A DNA stretch of 64,000 nucleotides. Origin: Candidatus Bathyarchaeota archaeon (GTDB lineage: Archaea; Thermoproteota; Bathyarchaeia; Bathyarchaeales; Bathycorpusculaceae). Positions 1 to 9,356 of the stretch are shown here, one piece after another. The notes under the pieces are model-generated. The model had not been told where the DNA came from, made no database searches, and saw only the letters and a program-made list of their open reading frames with translations. The stretch's first letter is position 1, and each line of letters opens with the position of its first letter. The position numbers and the translations under genes are program-made. The stretch is taken from the NCBI GenBank assembly GCA_963827165.1, contig CAWGZR010000005.1:256001-320000 (forward strand), read 5' to 3'.

Positions 1-90
1 ATGCTAAGCTACCCAACCACGATTGTGGATGACAAGGTTGTGATTACGGGTTTCCGCAAAGACAAACTCAAGGAGGCATTAGAAACTTGA
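1..90 (+). CDS. C-terminal end of a glutaredoxin/NrdH-like protein (partial at window edge)
   Basis: Frame reads SYPTTIVDDKVVITGFRKDKLKEALET*, a typical glutaredoxin C-terminus (cis-Pro, GF); TTGA overlap with the next gene. Confidence 0.55.
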   Translation: MLSYPTTIVDDKVVITGFRKDKLKEALET

Positions 91-656
91 TCACTCTAGA
101 TCAAGTACGCAGGAGAGCCGAAGCAGATGCTAAAACCTATGGTTACTACCTTACTCCTCAACCCGATTTGCTGCAAGGATTCCTCGAAGGATTGAAAACA
201 AACGAGGAACGATATGGGTACCCACTTTGCCCGTGCAGGCTCACCTCAGGCAACTTTGAGTATGACCGCGACATTATCTGTCCATGCGACTACCGCGACC
301 CAGACGTAGCCCAATATGGCGCTTGCTACTGCCGACTTTACGTTAACAAACAAGTGTATGAAAGCCAAAACCTACCCGAAGTCCCTGAGCGCAGACCTCC
401 TGAAAAGATGGCAAGAGCCTACGGAACCCAAGCAGACACAACCAAATCAGCATCATCATTAGGGATGCAAGAGAAACCGCCGACGGCAGCATCAGCAGAA
501 TCGAAACCTCAGATGACAGTTAAGAAGAAGCTTTGGTATTGCAAGCAATGCGGCTACGTTGTTTTCCGCGAGGATCCACCATATGTCTGCCCGATATGCA
601 AGGCGAAAAGGGAATTGTTCGCTGAGATTGATAGTTCAGTCGATTTCAACGGTTGA
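87..656 (+). CDS. Ferredoxin-thioredoxin reductase catalytic domain fused to a C-terminal rubredoxin-like domain (FDR type)
   Basis: CPC...CPC...CYC FTR motifs; C-terminal CKQC...CPIC after a low-complexity linker. Confidence 0.88.
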   Translation: MITLDQVRRRAEADAKTYGYYLTPQPDLLQGFLEGLKTNEERYGYPLCPCRLTSGNFEYDRDIICPCDYRDPDVAQYGACYCRLYVNKQVYESQNLPEVPERRPPEKMARAYGTQADTTKSASSLGMQEKPPTAASAESKPQMTVKKKLWYCKQCGYVVFREDPPYVCPICKAKRELFAEIDSSVDFNG

Positions 657-872
657 TCTATTTCTTAATTTCTATCTCAATTTTTTCCCAGTCAGCCTTT
701 ATTCCACGCAGCGAAGTTACCGCGCCAATTATTGTTCCGCTCATAATTTTTTCAACGAACTCGTTTAGGGGTATTTCTTTTCCGTCAACTTTCAGTTTTA
801 AACTCAAGTCGTTTGCACCTGCCTATTGCTAATTGAATTTAGGATGTAAAAGGTTTTTCGAGAAGTAAAGCC

Positions 873-1439
873 TTAGAGTCTTGGTGTTGACGGTCTTATG
901 GTTACCCTGAGCTTGGTCAGGTTTTCTTTTATCTCTGCCTTGACACCCATGGCTGAAAAGTACTCTTCGAGAAATATCTTAATGAACTCTTTTGAAACCT
1001 CGGAAACCAATACAAGCGTGTAATCGTTTGGGGCGTTTTTTGTGAGACGGTAAAAGTTGCAGACTTCAAGGCGGGTCAGCATTTCTTCGGGTGAACGAAC
1101 CTTTGTTTTAAGCTGTTCCCAGTGAGCTCTGGCTACCTCTTTATGTGCGTTCCAGAACTTCTCTTTTTCAGGCGATGAATTAATCAGGTTTAGGAACATC
1201 AGCCAGTGGTCGACATCAAGGATTACGTGTTCTCCGCCAAGAAGCATGTCCATGTAGCCGTGGATTTTTTTCTTTACAGCTGGATCTTCTAGAGCCATGT
1301 TGTCGTTATAGAATTTGAGGGCGCGCCGCATGACTTCGCTCTGTGAGACTTCGGCTTCTTTGCTTATTTTTTCCAGCAGGTCTGCGGTTGTTTTGTCAAA
1401 GGCGACTGTTACTCTTGTAGGATTAACCATGGTTTTCAC
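873..1439 (-). CDS. CopG/ribbon-helix-helix transcriptional regulator
   Basis: N-terminal RVTVAFD...SQSEVMRRAL RHH pattern plus a C-terminal domain. Confidence 0.7.
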   Translation of the reverse strand: MKTMVNPTRVTVAFDKTTADLLEKISKEAEVSQSEVMRRALKFYNDNMALEDPAVKKKIHGYMDMLLGGEHVILDVDHWLMFLNLINSSPEKEKFWNAHKEVARAHWEQLKTKVRSPEEMLTRLEVCNFYRLTKNAPNDYTLVLVSEVSKEFIKIFLEEYFSAMGVKAEIKENLTKLRVTIRPSTPRL

Positions 1440-1637
1440 TTCAAGTGAATTTACATATTTTCAGATTATCAGAAATCATATAAACATTGCGCCGGCGCAG
1501 CTGATCATAACTCGTCAAATTGAGAGAATTATAACCTATTACTAAACAAATGTTAAAACGATAAATGTTTTCGCGGTCAAAAATCTTTTATTGCCGCCAC
1601 TGCTTAACTTCATAATGCCGATTCTCATATAAGAGGC

Positions 1638-2303
1638 TTGAAAATGAAGAAACCAGAAGTTTACCTTGACCCCAAAGAACGTGTCGCAAAGATAATTGAA
1701 CTGCTTGAAAAGCAGTATCCCGACGCAAAAACGGCTCTTAACTACTCCAACCCACTTGAAATGCTGGTAGCCACCATGCTATCCGCCCAGACAACCGATT
1801 TACAAGTCAACACCGTCACCAAAAACCTATTCAAAAAATATCACAAGCCTGAGGATTATGCGAATGCGGACATAAAAGAATTAGAGCAAGACGTTCGCTC
1901 AACAGGCTTCTACCATAACAAAGCCAGAAACTTGCAGAATTGCTGTCGAATGTTAGTGGAGAAATTTCATTCACAGGTGCCAAGAACTATGGAAGAGCTG
2001 GTGGAGCTGCCCGGGGTGGCTAGAAAAACAGCCAACATCGTCTTAAACAACTCTTACGGGATAGTTGCTGGTGTTGCAGTTGACACTCATGTCCACAGGC
2101 TTTCGCAGCGACTCGGATTAACTGAAAATGACGATGCTGCAAAAATAGAACAGGACCTAATGAAAATTACACCGAAAGAGAAATGGATGAAACTCACTGA
2201 CCAGCTGATTTTCCATGGACGGCAAGTCTGTACAGCAAAAAAACCCAAATGCGAAGTATGCGTTCTCAACAAAATCTGTCCATGCGCTTTTTCCTTCGAC
2301 TAA
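1638..2303 (+). CDS. nth: Endonuclease III
   Basis: LSAQTTD, HhH LPGVARKTA, VDTHV, and Fe-S motif CTAKKPKCEVCVLNKIC. Confidence 0.95.
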   Translation: MKMKKPEVYLDPKERVAKIIELLEKQYPDAKTALNYSNPLEMLVATMLSAQTTDLQVNTVTKNLFKKYHKPEDYANADIKELEQDVRSTGFYHNKARNLQNCCRMLVEKFHSQVPRTMEELVELPGVARKTANIVLNNSYGIVAGVAVDTHVHRLSQRLGLTENDDAAKIEQDLMKITPKEKWMKLTDQLIFHGRQVCTAKKPKCEVCVLNKICPCAFSFD

Positions 2304-2345
2304 AAAACGTCACGCATTTATACGCCTTCACATTTCCATAGAATA

Positions 2346-2840
2346 TTGGACCTGAATTTTATGGATACCAAAGTTAAAGTTGGAGACAAAGCAACTGATT
2401 TTACGCTTCCTGACATTAATTTGAAGCAGAGAAGCCTTAAGGAGTTTTTGGGACAAAAAATCGTCTTGGCTTTTTTCGTTGGAGCCTTCACCGTGACCTG
2501 CACAAAGGAGATGTGCGAGTTTCGGGATTCAATGGCCCGGCTTACTGACTTAAAAGCGCAAGTCATAGGAATAAGCGTCAATGACCCATTCAGCAACAAA
2601 GCTTTCTCGGAAAAAAACAGGTTGCCTTTCCCAGTGCTGAGCGACTACAATCGTAATGTCGTCAAAGCCTACGGGTTGGAGCTGCTTGATTTCTCGGGGC
2701 TGAAAGGGTACACTGTTGCGAAACGCTCAATATTTATCTTGGATATGAACGGCATTGTCAGGTACGTTTGGGTCTCAGACAATCCAGCACTTGAGCCGAA
2801 CTACGTGGAGATTCAGAAAGCGTTGGAACAAATCATGTAA
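2346..2840 (+). CDS. Peroxiredoxin (AhpC/TSA, BCP-like)
   Basis: AFTVTCTKEMC peroxidatic motif, GISVND, LSDYNR, KRSIFILD. Confidence 0.9.
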   Translation: MDLNFMDTKVKVGDKATDFTLPDINLKQRSLKEFLGQKIVLAFFVGAFTVTCTKEMCEFRDSMARLTDLKAQVIGISVNDPFSNKAFSEKNRLPFPVLSDYNRNVVKAYGLELLDFSGLKGYTVAKRSIFILDMNGIVRYVWVSDNPALEPNYVEIQKALEQIM

Positions 2841-2899
2841 ACGCAGATTTATCTTCATAAGCACCGGGTAGAAAAATCGACCCTGTCAGCCCATCCAGC

Positions 2900-3200
2900 A
2901 AATGCCTAAAACAAAATCAAACACTTAACCTACGGGACAAGTCAACGAAGCTTTCACTAACAAAGATAGTTTTTTCATCTTCTGATGTTTTCTTTGCGAT
3001 TACTATGGCTATTAAGGAAACATCGATGCCTGTAATTCATAACCGTTCTCGACAAGGTAAATAGGATTCCTTTCCGGCGCCGCAATATGCGTCGAGCGCC
3101 TCGTCTTTGGTAAAAGCATGGTTTCTATATATTCAACCAGCATCGGTGGTTTGCCAGCTTCCAACCCAAATTTTCAAGTGGATAACTACGGCATTAGTCC
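2900..3200 (-). pseudogene. Decayed class I SAM-dependent methyltransferase (approximate limits)
   Basis: Minus-strand fragments across frames read YPLENLGW / GKPPMLVEYIE / ALDAYCGAG / NPIYLVENGYE / ITGIDVSLIAI (motif I and the following strand), with several frameshifts and stops. Confidence 0.6.
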
Positions 3201-3299
3201 CCCCCGCCTGGAATAGTCAGAACCCAAAAGAACCACCAATCTGTCATGATTTGGAAAGAATTTTGACTTATTTGAAAAGAAATTTGCGACTTCTTTTTA

Positions 3300-3725
3300 C
3301 TATGCCAAATGGCGGTGTTCAACCATCAAGCATTTATCCATCACGACAATCAAACCCGCGCGTCTACCAGCTTCAGCAGCCTCCTCATTGGTTATTCCAA
3401 GCTGCATCCAAACCACCGCGGGTTTGCCGTTTTTCTGTTTCAGCTCGATGGCTTGTTCCATTATCGGGGGCACATCCACGGCTGGTCTAAAGATATCGAC
3501 AATTTCGATGGTTTTCTGGATTTCAGGTGGGATATCAAGTAGGCTGGGGTAGCTTTTTTCACCAAGAACCTCGTCCGCAAATGGGTTGACGGGTATGATT
3601 TGGTACCCATGCTGTTTTAGGTACGCGCTGACTCTGTGGCTGTCTTTACCAAGTCCTTTCGATAAGCCGACAACTGCGATTACCTTGTATTTCCGCAGGA
3701 TTTCTTTAATTGTGTTTTGACTCAA
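3300..3725 (-). CDS. CoA-binding protein (YccU-like)
   Basis: IAVVGLS, IIPVNP, VDIFRP, VWMQLG, MDKC motifs. Confidence 0.9.
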   Translation of the reverse strand: MSQNTIKEILRKYKVIAVVGLSKGLGKDSHRVSAYLKQHGYQIIPVNPFADEVLGEKSYPSLLDIPPEIQKTIEIVDIFRPAVDVPPIMEQAIELKQKNGKPAVVWMQLGITNEEAAEAGRRAGLIVVMDKCLMVEHRHLA

Positions 3726-3753
3726 TCAATCACCCTCTTTTCTAACAAAGCCG

Positions 3754-4692
3754 CTATGGCATCTCGCTCAAGGTTAACTCAAAATAATGCTGCCTGCCGC
3801 TACGCACTGCAAGGATTCTGGCGACGTCGCCAGCTTTTTTCCCGTGAATCTCATCCACCAAATCTTCAATTCTGCGTGTCTCAGCACCACTTATTTCCAA
3901 GATGATGTCCCCTTCAGCCAATCCAGCGGATTTAGCAGGGCTACCCTCAGCGACTCTGGTCACCAAGACTCCGCGGTCTACTGGGAACCCGTAGTAATGC
4001 GCGATTTCCCTTGTGAGTGTTAAACCGACTATTCCAAGCCACGGTTTTTTGCCGGTGCCTCCAACCTTGATTTCGTCAGCACATATCTTGGCAGAGTTAA
4101 CGGGGATGGCGAAACCGATACCTTGTGCAAACGGGATAATCGCTGTGTTTATAGCGATCACGCTGCCTGCAACGTCGACAAGTGGTCCGCCACTGTTTCC
4201 AGGGTTAATTGATGCGTCAGTTTGAACAAGGTTCTCAATCAAACCACTTTCAGACTCTATTGTCCTGTTGATGGCGCTGATAACTCCGGAGGTCACGCTT
4301 GGACCACCTGCCAAGCCGAAGGGGTTACCTATGGCGTATACTCTCTGCCCAACTCTTATTTTATCTGAGTCACCAAGCTCGGCAGCTTGAAGGTCTCGCC
4401 CTTGTCCATCGATCTTTACCACGGCTATGTCGTGGACGACGCATGAACCCACTATTGTGCCTTCCAAAACTTCGTTAGTGCCCAATGTCACGTTGATTTT
4501 TTGAGCGCCGCCTACCACGTGATTGTTAGTTAAGATTAGTCCCGCCGAATCAATTATGGTGCCTGAACCTGTTCCAGCAACCGGCACTGCTTGGTAGAAA
4601 ATATTGTGGACCAGCTTAATTGTGCTTATGTTTACTGCGGTTTTGCTTACCTTTGCGATCGTATCTAAAATTTTGTCTTCGTTGTAGGACAT
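3754..4692 (-). CDS. HtrA/DegP-like serine protease with PDZ domain; no signal peptide visible
   Basis: TNNHVV, DIAVV, GNSGGPL catalytic triad motifs; C-terminal PDZ (WLGI...GSPA...GDII). Confidence 0.92.
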   Translation of the reverse strand: MSYNEDKILDTIAKVSKTAVNISTIKLVHNIFYQAVPVAGTGSGTIIDSAGLILTNNHVVGGAQKINVTLGTNEVLEGTIVGSCVVHDIAVVKIDGQGRDLQAAELGDSDKIRVGQRVYAIGNPFGLAGGPSVTSGVISAINRTIESESGLIENLVQTDASINPGNSGGPLVDVAGSVIAINTAIIPFAQGIGFAIPVNSAKICADEIKVGGTGKKPWLGIVGLTLTREIAHYYGFPVDRGVLVTRVAEGSPAKSAGLAEGDIILEISGAETRRIEDLVDEIHGKKAGDVARILAVRSGRQHYFELTLSEMP

Positions 4693-4748
4693 CTTAGTCC
4701 CTCAAAATCAAGGGGGCACCGTTTTTAATAAATATTGATTGGACCAAA

Positions 4749-5138
4749 TTAGCGGCAGAACAAACAGTTTTCGGCCCACTGCTTTGGCATTTCTTTTTGG
4801 CAGTGAGGGCACATTAACCCTTTTTTCCTGATAGTTTGGCATGTTTGGCAGAAGAGACGGAGGACTTCAGATTTGTTATTCGGCTCCTTTATCAAAACGG
4901 CAACCATCTGATTTATTAGAGAAAAAATCTCAGTTGAGTTCTCCAATGCTAGTAGTGTGTTTCCTCTTTCTTTGTTTATGTATCTGCTGACAGCTGATTG
5001 GGATAGCCCTAAAAGTTCGGCTGTTTGTTGTTCGTTTAGCCCGCGGTTTGTTACGATTTCTCTGGCCATTGCGGCTTTAACTGAAGGCAAAACGGTCTTT
5101 ACTCCTACCTCGCACGGAAGTATCAAGTTTGGCACCAA
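4749..5138 (-). CDS. HTH transcriptional regulator (COG2522-like) with Cys-rich C-terminus
   Basis: LPCE...AELLGLSQSAVSRY HTH; CQTC, CPHC, CLFC. Confidence 0.8.
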   Translation of the reverse strand: MVPNLILPCEVGVKTVLPSVKAAMAREIVTNRGLNEQQTAELLGLSQSAVSRYINKERGNTLLALENSTEIFSLINQMVAVLIKEPNNKSEVLRLFCQTCQTIRKKGLMCPHCQKEMPKQWAENCLFCR

Positions 5139-5171
5139 TTAGGGTTATTTTTGGGGAAAAGTTATTTAAAC

Positions 5172-5204
5172 ATGACGCTTGTCATATGTTATGACGCGTG
5201 TCAT
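5172..5204. promoter_or_regulatory. Tandem palindromic operator-like boxes ATGAC-N4-GTCAT
   Basis: ATGACGCTTGTCAT (5172-5185) and ATGACGCGTGTCAT (5191-5204), next to TTTAAA, between divergent regulator genes. Confidence 0.7.
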
Positions 5205-5307
5205 GATGGGCTATCAAATCGCAAAAAAACAGTTTTCAAATCCAATTTTCTACGCCTTACCCTGTCATTTCACACAGTCAACATATTTGAATAGGAGAAA
5301 AAAATAA

Positions 5308-6258
5308 ATGGGCAATGTCCTAACTCCCACCAGAAAAGTGGAAACCAGCACGCAAGACCTCTCGGGTATGCTAAAAACTCTTGACGCAGAATGCAGAAAC
5401 TGCGCTCCAATATCGCCATTAGAATGCATAAACCGGTGTCAAGTGTATAAACTAAAAAATGAGTTAAGAAAACTTCGCGAAACAATGGATAACCCCAATT
5501 ACATAAAAGAACTTTTCAACGTTCTAAAAAATGAGACAAGACTTCATATCCTTCAAGCAATCGTAAACGGCAGATATTCAGTGAGTCAACTGCAACAGGA
5601 ACTCAAGAAAACTGGGCATACTCACAGCCAAGACACAATAAATGAAGAGTACCTGCAGCCGTTGATGGCGGTGGGGCTTGCTACAGAAGCACGGGAAGAA
5701 TACTACGCAACCAACTTCGGAGGCAGACTAACCGAACTCCTTGAAAACTTCCCAGAATTCGCCGAAATGCTTCCTGCACACTCAGAATGCTACGAAGAAA
5801 TACTTCTACAGTCATTACTTTCTGGACCAAAAACCTTCGAAGACATCGAAGCGTTGATTTCCCCAAAGATCGCGTCTCGGATCCTTAAGAGACTGCGTTC
5901 CGTCGGCTTGATAGAAACCCCCGAGGAAAGAGACTACATCTTTTTCTTCAAATCGAAGCGGGATCCGGACAAGGAAACATTCTCAATCACTGAACGCAAA
6001 GTGTACGATTCAATCGTCAGCGAAGGGATTTCAGCTGGGAAACTTGCTAAGGAAACCGGGCTTTCCACAAGAAGAACCTACAAGTACCTGCGAGGATTAA
6101 AAGGCAAGAAACTAATCTTCCTCAGAAGGACACCTAAAGCTTACGGTTTAACCTGTAAAGGAGAAATGTTAGCTTCGGTGCTTCAGGAGCTTCAGAACAT
6201 AGTTGAAGACACCTGGAACTCATCTGGGCAAGTCATACAGGAAAACATTAACTCTTAG
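5308..6258 (+). CDS. Multi-winged-helix protein with N-terminal Cys cluster
   Basis: CRNC-x6-C-x3-C followed by about three wHTH-like segments (e.g. ISAGKLAKETGLSTRRTYKYL). Confidence 0.65.
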   Translation: MGNVLTPTRKVETSTQDLSGMLKTLDAECRNCAPISPLECINRCQVYKLKNELRKLRETMDNPNYIKELFNVLKNETRLHILQAIVNGRYSVSQLQQELKKTGHTHSQDTINEEYLQPLMAVGLATEAREEYYATNFGGRLTELLENFPEFAEMLPAHSECYEEILLQSLLSGPKTFEDIEALISPKIASRILKRLRSVGLIETPEERDYIFFFKSKRDPDKETFSITERKVYDSIVSEGISAGKLAKETGLSTRRTYKYLRGLKGKKLIFLRRTPKAYGLTCKGEMLASVLQELQNIVEDTWNSSGQVIQENINS

Positions 6259-6282
6259 AAGAAAACCCAAAATTTTCTTTTT

Positions 6283-6768
6283 TTATCCTCCGCCAGGGGC
6301 ACCGTGGAACGGAGCGTTTTCCCAGAGCAGTTTCCACCAGTCATCTTCTGTTATGGTTTCCCCGTGGATGATGATTTCCAGAACCATTTTGAGCATTTCG
6401 TGGTGTCTACGTTCGTCTGCTAGGATCGAGTTTAAGAGAAAAACAACTTTGCTGTTGTCGATGGTGGGGATCATTGTTTCAAGTTTCTTGATTAGTTGAG
6501 ATTCGATTTCTATGTGTTTTTCAACAAGTTTTCTTTGCTCATCTAAATTATCCTGCGTCAACGCTGTGGATGCTGAGGTGAGGAGGGTTACAGCCGACAT
6601 GTAAAGTTCGGCATGTTTTATAGAATCAAGAGAGACACCTTTGAGGACACCTTTAACAGCGGGATTCTTCATGGCAAGTAAAGGTTTCTCAAGGGAAGCC
6701 ACAATTTCTTTTTCCACTTTAATTTGGTTTTTCAAAAATTCAAGAAGATTATCCTTTGGTTTTTCCAT
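6283..6768 (-). CDS. Ferritin-like/rubrerythrin-family di-iron protein
   Basis: E..E, DSIKH, HIEIE, DERRHH four-helix metal-ligand pattern. Confidence 0.75.
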   Translation of the reverse strand: MEKPKDNLLEFLKNQIKVEKEIVASLEKPLLAMKNPAVKGVLKGVSLDSIKHAELYMSAVTLLTSASTALTQDNLDEQRKLVEKHIEIESQLIKKLETMIPTIDNSKVVFLLNSILADERRHHEMLKMVLEIIIHGETITEDDWWKLLWENAPFHGAPGGG

Positions 6769-6791
6769 AAAACTACCCTACTCCCCTAATG

Positions 6792-7235
6792 TTAAGCCTT
6801 GCTCATCAAGTTTTCGGCAACTCTTTTCCCTAGATCTTTGCAGTCGCCAAGCGTCTTTTGGTCTGGCACATATTTTGCTAGCAGCGGCGATTCGCCTACT
6901 TGCATCTCAAACTTGAACTTCATGATTTCGACCAGAAGCTTTGGAGCTTCGCCAGTCCACCCGTAGGATCCAAAGGCGGCTCCAACCTTGCCCTTCAAGC
7001 TGATGCCTTTCGTGGCCGCTTCTTCGAAGAGGTTTTTGAATTCAACTGCCATTTCATGATGGTAAGTCGGCGTCCCAATGAGAACTGCGTCAAAGGTTAT
7101 CAGGTCCTCTGGTTCAACATGAAAGTTCAATTCCACCGTCACGTCATCGCTAATTTTTGCTCCTTCAGCGACGGCTTTGGCCATCTTTTCGGTGTTGCCT
7201 GTCCTGCTATAATATAAAACGAGAATATGCTTCAT
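6792..7235 (-). CDS. Flavodoxin-domain protein
   Basis: YYSRTGNTEKMA, GTPTY, FGSYGW. Confidence 0.9.
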   Translation of the reverse strand: MKHILVLYYSRTGNTEKMAKAVAEGAKISDDVTVELNFHVEPEDLITFDAVLIGTPTYHHEMAVEFKNLFEEAATKGISLKGKVGAAFGSYGWTGEAPKLLVEIMKFKFEMQVGESPLLAKYVPDQKTLGDCKDLGKRVAENLMSKA

Positions 7236-7329
7236 AAAACAAAATGTATATGGATACTATTTCAACATTTTGTCAACCATCAACTCTATAGTGCCCTTCA
7301 ACAAAAACAAAACTTCAGACACGAAGAAC

Positions 7330-7500
7330 GTCCACTTTCTTCTTTGCTTTATCCACCTTTCCGCCCTAATTCCCTGATTCGTTCGGGGCCTCGTTCTTCC
7401 GCCACTTTCTCGCCGCACTTCCTGCTTATTTCCTAGTAAAACGCACTGCCTCTTTCATGCGAAACTTTTTCGCGCCCATTAACCAAGCTACTTCCCCCGC
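7330..7500 (-). pseudogene. Degenerate KGG/GsiB-type hydrophilin gene (approximate limits)
   Basis: Minus strand reads GREKVSHERGSAFY*EISRKCGEKVAEERGPERIRELGRKGG*SKEE: KGG repeats with in-frame TAG and TAA. Confidence 0.7.
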
Positions 7501-7659
7501 CATCGTACTCGTTTTCACGCCTCTAACCCTCAAAATGCATCCGCATCCATCACTCATTTGTCAAAAAAATGTCTCCGACCATACAAACAAAAATGTAAGT
7601 ACCTGAGCCTTGTAGTAAGACAAAAAAAACTCAGTTAAAGAAAGCAGGTTTTGATTAGG

Positions 7660-7950
7660 TTACTCGATTTTTCCTATTTCCTTTGTTATGTCGATAGGCG
7701 ACTTGTATGTTTTATTCGGCAGCTTGTTTAGCATTCCCATAACTTCCTTTGGAGCATCATTGCCAGTTGCTTTGTCTACCAGGGTCTTCTTTTCAGCGGG
7801 AAAATGAATGCCCGCGAGATATTTCTCTACGATTGCTGGGCTTACGTGACCCGTTTTTCCAGTGCTTGTATACTGTCTTCTTGTTCCTCTGCCTTGACCT
7901 ATCCCCATGCGCTTACTTGGTACGACATCTTGCTTACTCGTCGTTTTCAC
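7660..7950 (-). CDS. DUF2795-family protein with basic N-terminal tail
   Basis: YLAGIHFPAEKKTLV...LNKLPNKTYKSPIDI pattern. Confidence 0.8.
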   Translation of the reverse strand: MKTTSKQDVVPSKRMGIGQGRGTRRQYTSTGKTGHVSPAIVEKYLAGIHFPAEKKTLVDKATGNDAPKEVMGMLNKLPNKTYKSPIDITKEIGKIE

Positions 7951-7986
7951 CTCCCTATTCTCAAACGAGTTACCCCGCAGAATACG

Positions 7987-8169
7987 TTAACCGTTTACAT
8001 TCTCTTTTTCACGAGCCTTTCCTTCCTGAATTAGTCTTCGAACTCTTTGCCCGCCCTTGGTACCTATTTCACTGTAGAATTCGCGCCCATGGGTTTCAGC
8101 AGTTTTCTCTCCGCCCATACGTCCAGCGGCCTCGACAGTCATCTTACCACTTCTTTTCTCTTTAGCCAA
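7987..8169 (-). CDS. KGG/GsiB/Em (group 1 LEA-like) stress protein
   Basis: MTVEAAGRMGGEKTAETHGREFYSEIGTKGG; SD GGAGGTGA upstream. Confidence 0.85.
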   Translation of the reverse strand: MAKEKRSGKMTVEAAGRMGGEKTAETHGREFYSEIGTKGGQRVRRLIQEGKAREKENVNG

Positions 8170-8303
8170 AATAATTCACCTCCAAATACAGGAAGAGCCA
8201 TGCAAAATCAAAATGGATTTACCAACAACAAAACGTTCTCAGATTCTTCTAGTTCAAAGAAACTAGCCGGGTTTTGAAATGTAAAGCACGGAAACAATCA
8301 AGC

Positions 8304-8555
8304 TTATTCGTCTTCATGTTCTCTGCCGGCTTGAATTAGTCTTCGAACTTTTTGTCCTCCCCTGTGCCCTGCTTCTTCAAGACTTGTTTTTCCCATTGCT
8401 TCCGGAGAGCCCTCATGTTGCTTGGCACGCTGCGATCCTCCTTTGCTTCCTATCTCAATATAAAATTCAGGTCCGTGAGTTTCGGCCGTTCTTTCTCCGC
8501 CTAAGCGCCCAGCTTCCTCAACCGTCATCTTTCCCTTCCTTTTGCTTTCGCCCAA
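8304..8555 (-). CDS. KGG/GsiB/Em stress protein
   Basis: MTVEEAGRLGG...EFYIEIGSKGG...EEAGHRGGQKVRRLI; SD GGAGGTGA. Confidence 0.85.
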   Translation of the reverse strand: MGESKRKGKMTVEEAGRLGGERTAETHGPEFYIEIGSKGGSQRAKQHEGSPEAMGKTSLEEAGHRGGQKVRRLIQAGREHEDE

Positions 8556-8776
8556 AATATGTCACCTCCGAAACTCGCGTCGGCGTTTTTTCTTTACGAC
8601 TTGGTCGCTTTCTTAGTTTTCTATCTCTTGACACGACACTTAAAGATATGTGGCTGCCCTAGCACAGTAACATGGAAGAAGCTTTTCTCTAAGATCAGCA
8701 AGCTAAATTGTTTCAAACAAACAGTCAGGTTTTGATTTTTGCGGATTTCTAAAGAATAAACGCAGGAAGACCAAGT

Positions 8777-8965
8777 TTATTCTATTTCGTGTTCTTTTCC
8801 TGCCTCTATAAGTTTACGGACTCTTTGCCCACCTTTTGGCCCACCTATTTTGCCGCCTTTACGGCCTATTTCACTGTAGAATTCTTCTCCATGAGTCTCA
8901 GATGTTCGCAGTCCACCTTTCCGCCCTGCCTCTTCAACCGTCATTTTACCCTTTTCTCGAGACAA
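8777..8965 (-). CDS. KGG/GsiB/Em stress protein
   Basis: MTVEEAGRKGG...EFYSEIGRKGG; start placed at the TTG just after SD GGAGGTGA (ORF track starts at 8974). Confidence 0.85.
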   Translation of the reverse strand: MSREKGKMTVEEAGRKGGLRTSETHGEEFYSEIGRKGGKIGGPKGGQRVRKLIEAGKEHEIE

Positions 8966-9047
8966 CCAGGTCACCTCCTAAAAAACGCGTCAAAAACTCA
9001 AAATTTAAAAAACAACTAACAAAAAATAATTTCAAAAAATAGAGCTT

Positions 9048-9356
9048 TTATTCTTCCTCGTGCTCTTTGCCGGCTTGGATTAACCTTCGGACTCTTTGAC
9101 CGCCTCTATGTCCTGCTTCTTCGAGGCTTGTTTTACCCATTGCCTCACTTGTGCCTTCATGCTGTTTGGCTCTTTCAGATCCGCCTTTGCTTCCTATCTC
9201 ACTGTAGAATTCTGGTCCACGCTCTGCAGAAACCTTTTCGCCGCCTTTTCGACCGATTTGCTCATAAAATTCGCGGCCATGTGTTGAAGCGGTTTTTTCT
9301 CCGCCTTTCCTTCCTGCCTCCGCGACGGTCATTTTGCCTTTTCTTTCCTCACGCAT
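9048..9356 (-). CDS. KGG/GsiB/Em stress protein (longest paralog)
   Basis: Two EFYxxIGxKGG units plus EEAGHRGG; ATG 9356 lies downstream of SD GGAGGTGA at 9368-9375. Confidence 0.85.
   Translation of the reverse strand: MREERKGKMTVAEAGRKGGEKTASTHGREFYEQIGRKGGEKVSAERGPEFYSEIGSKGGSERAKQHEGTSEAMGKTSLEEAGHRGGQRVRRLIQAGKEHEEE

Noticed and set aside
3107-3490. 127-aa plus-strand ORF, and the many other short ORFs antisense to or nested in identified genes
   Set aside because: Shadow frames of real genes or of the pseudogene, with no recognisable motifs
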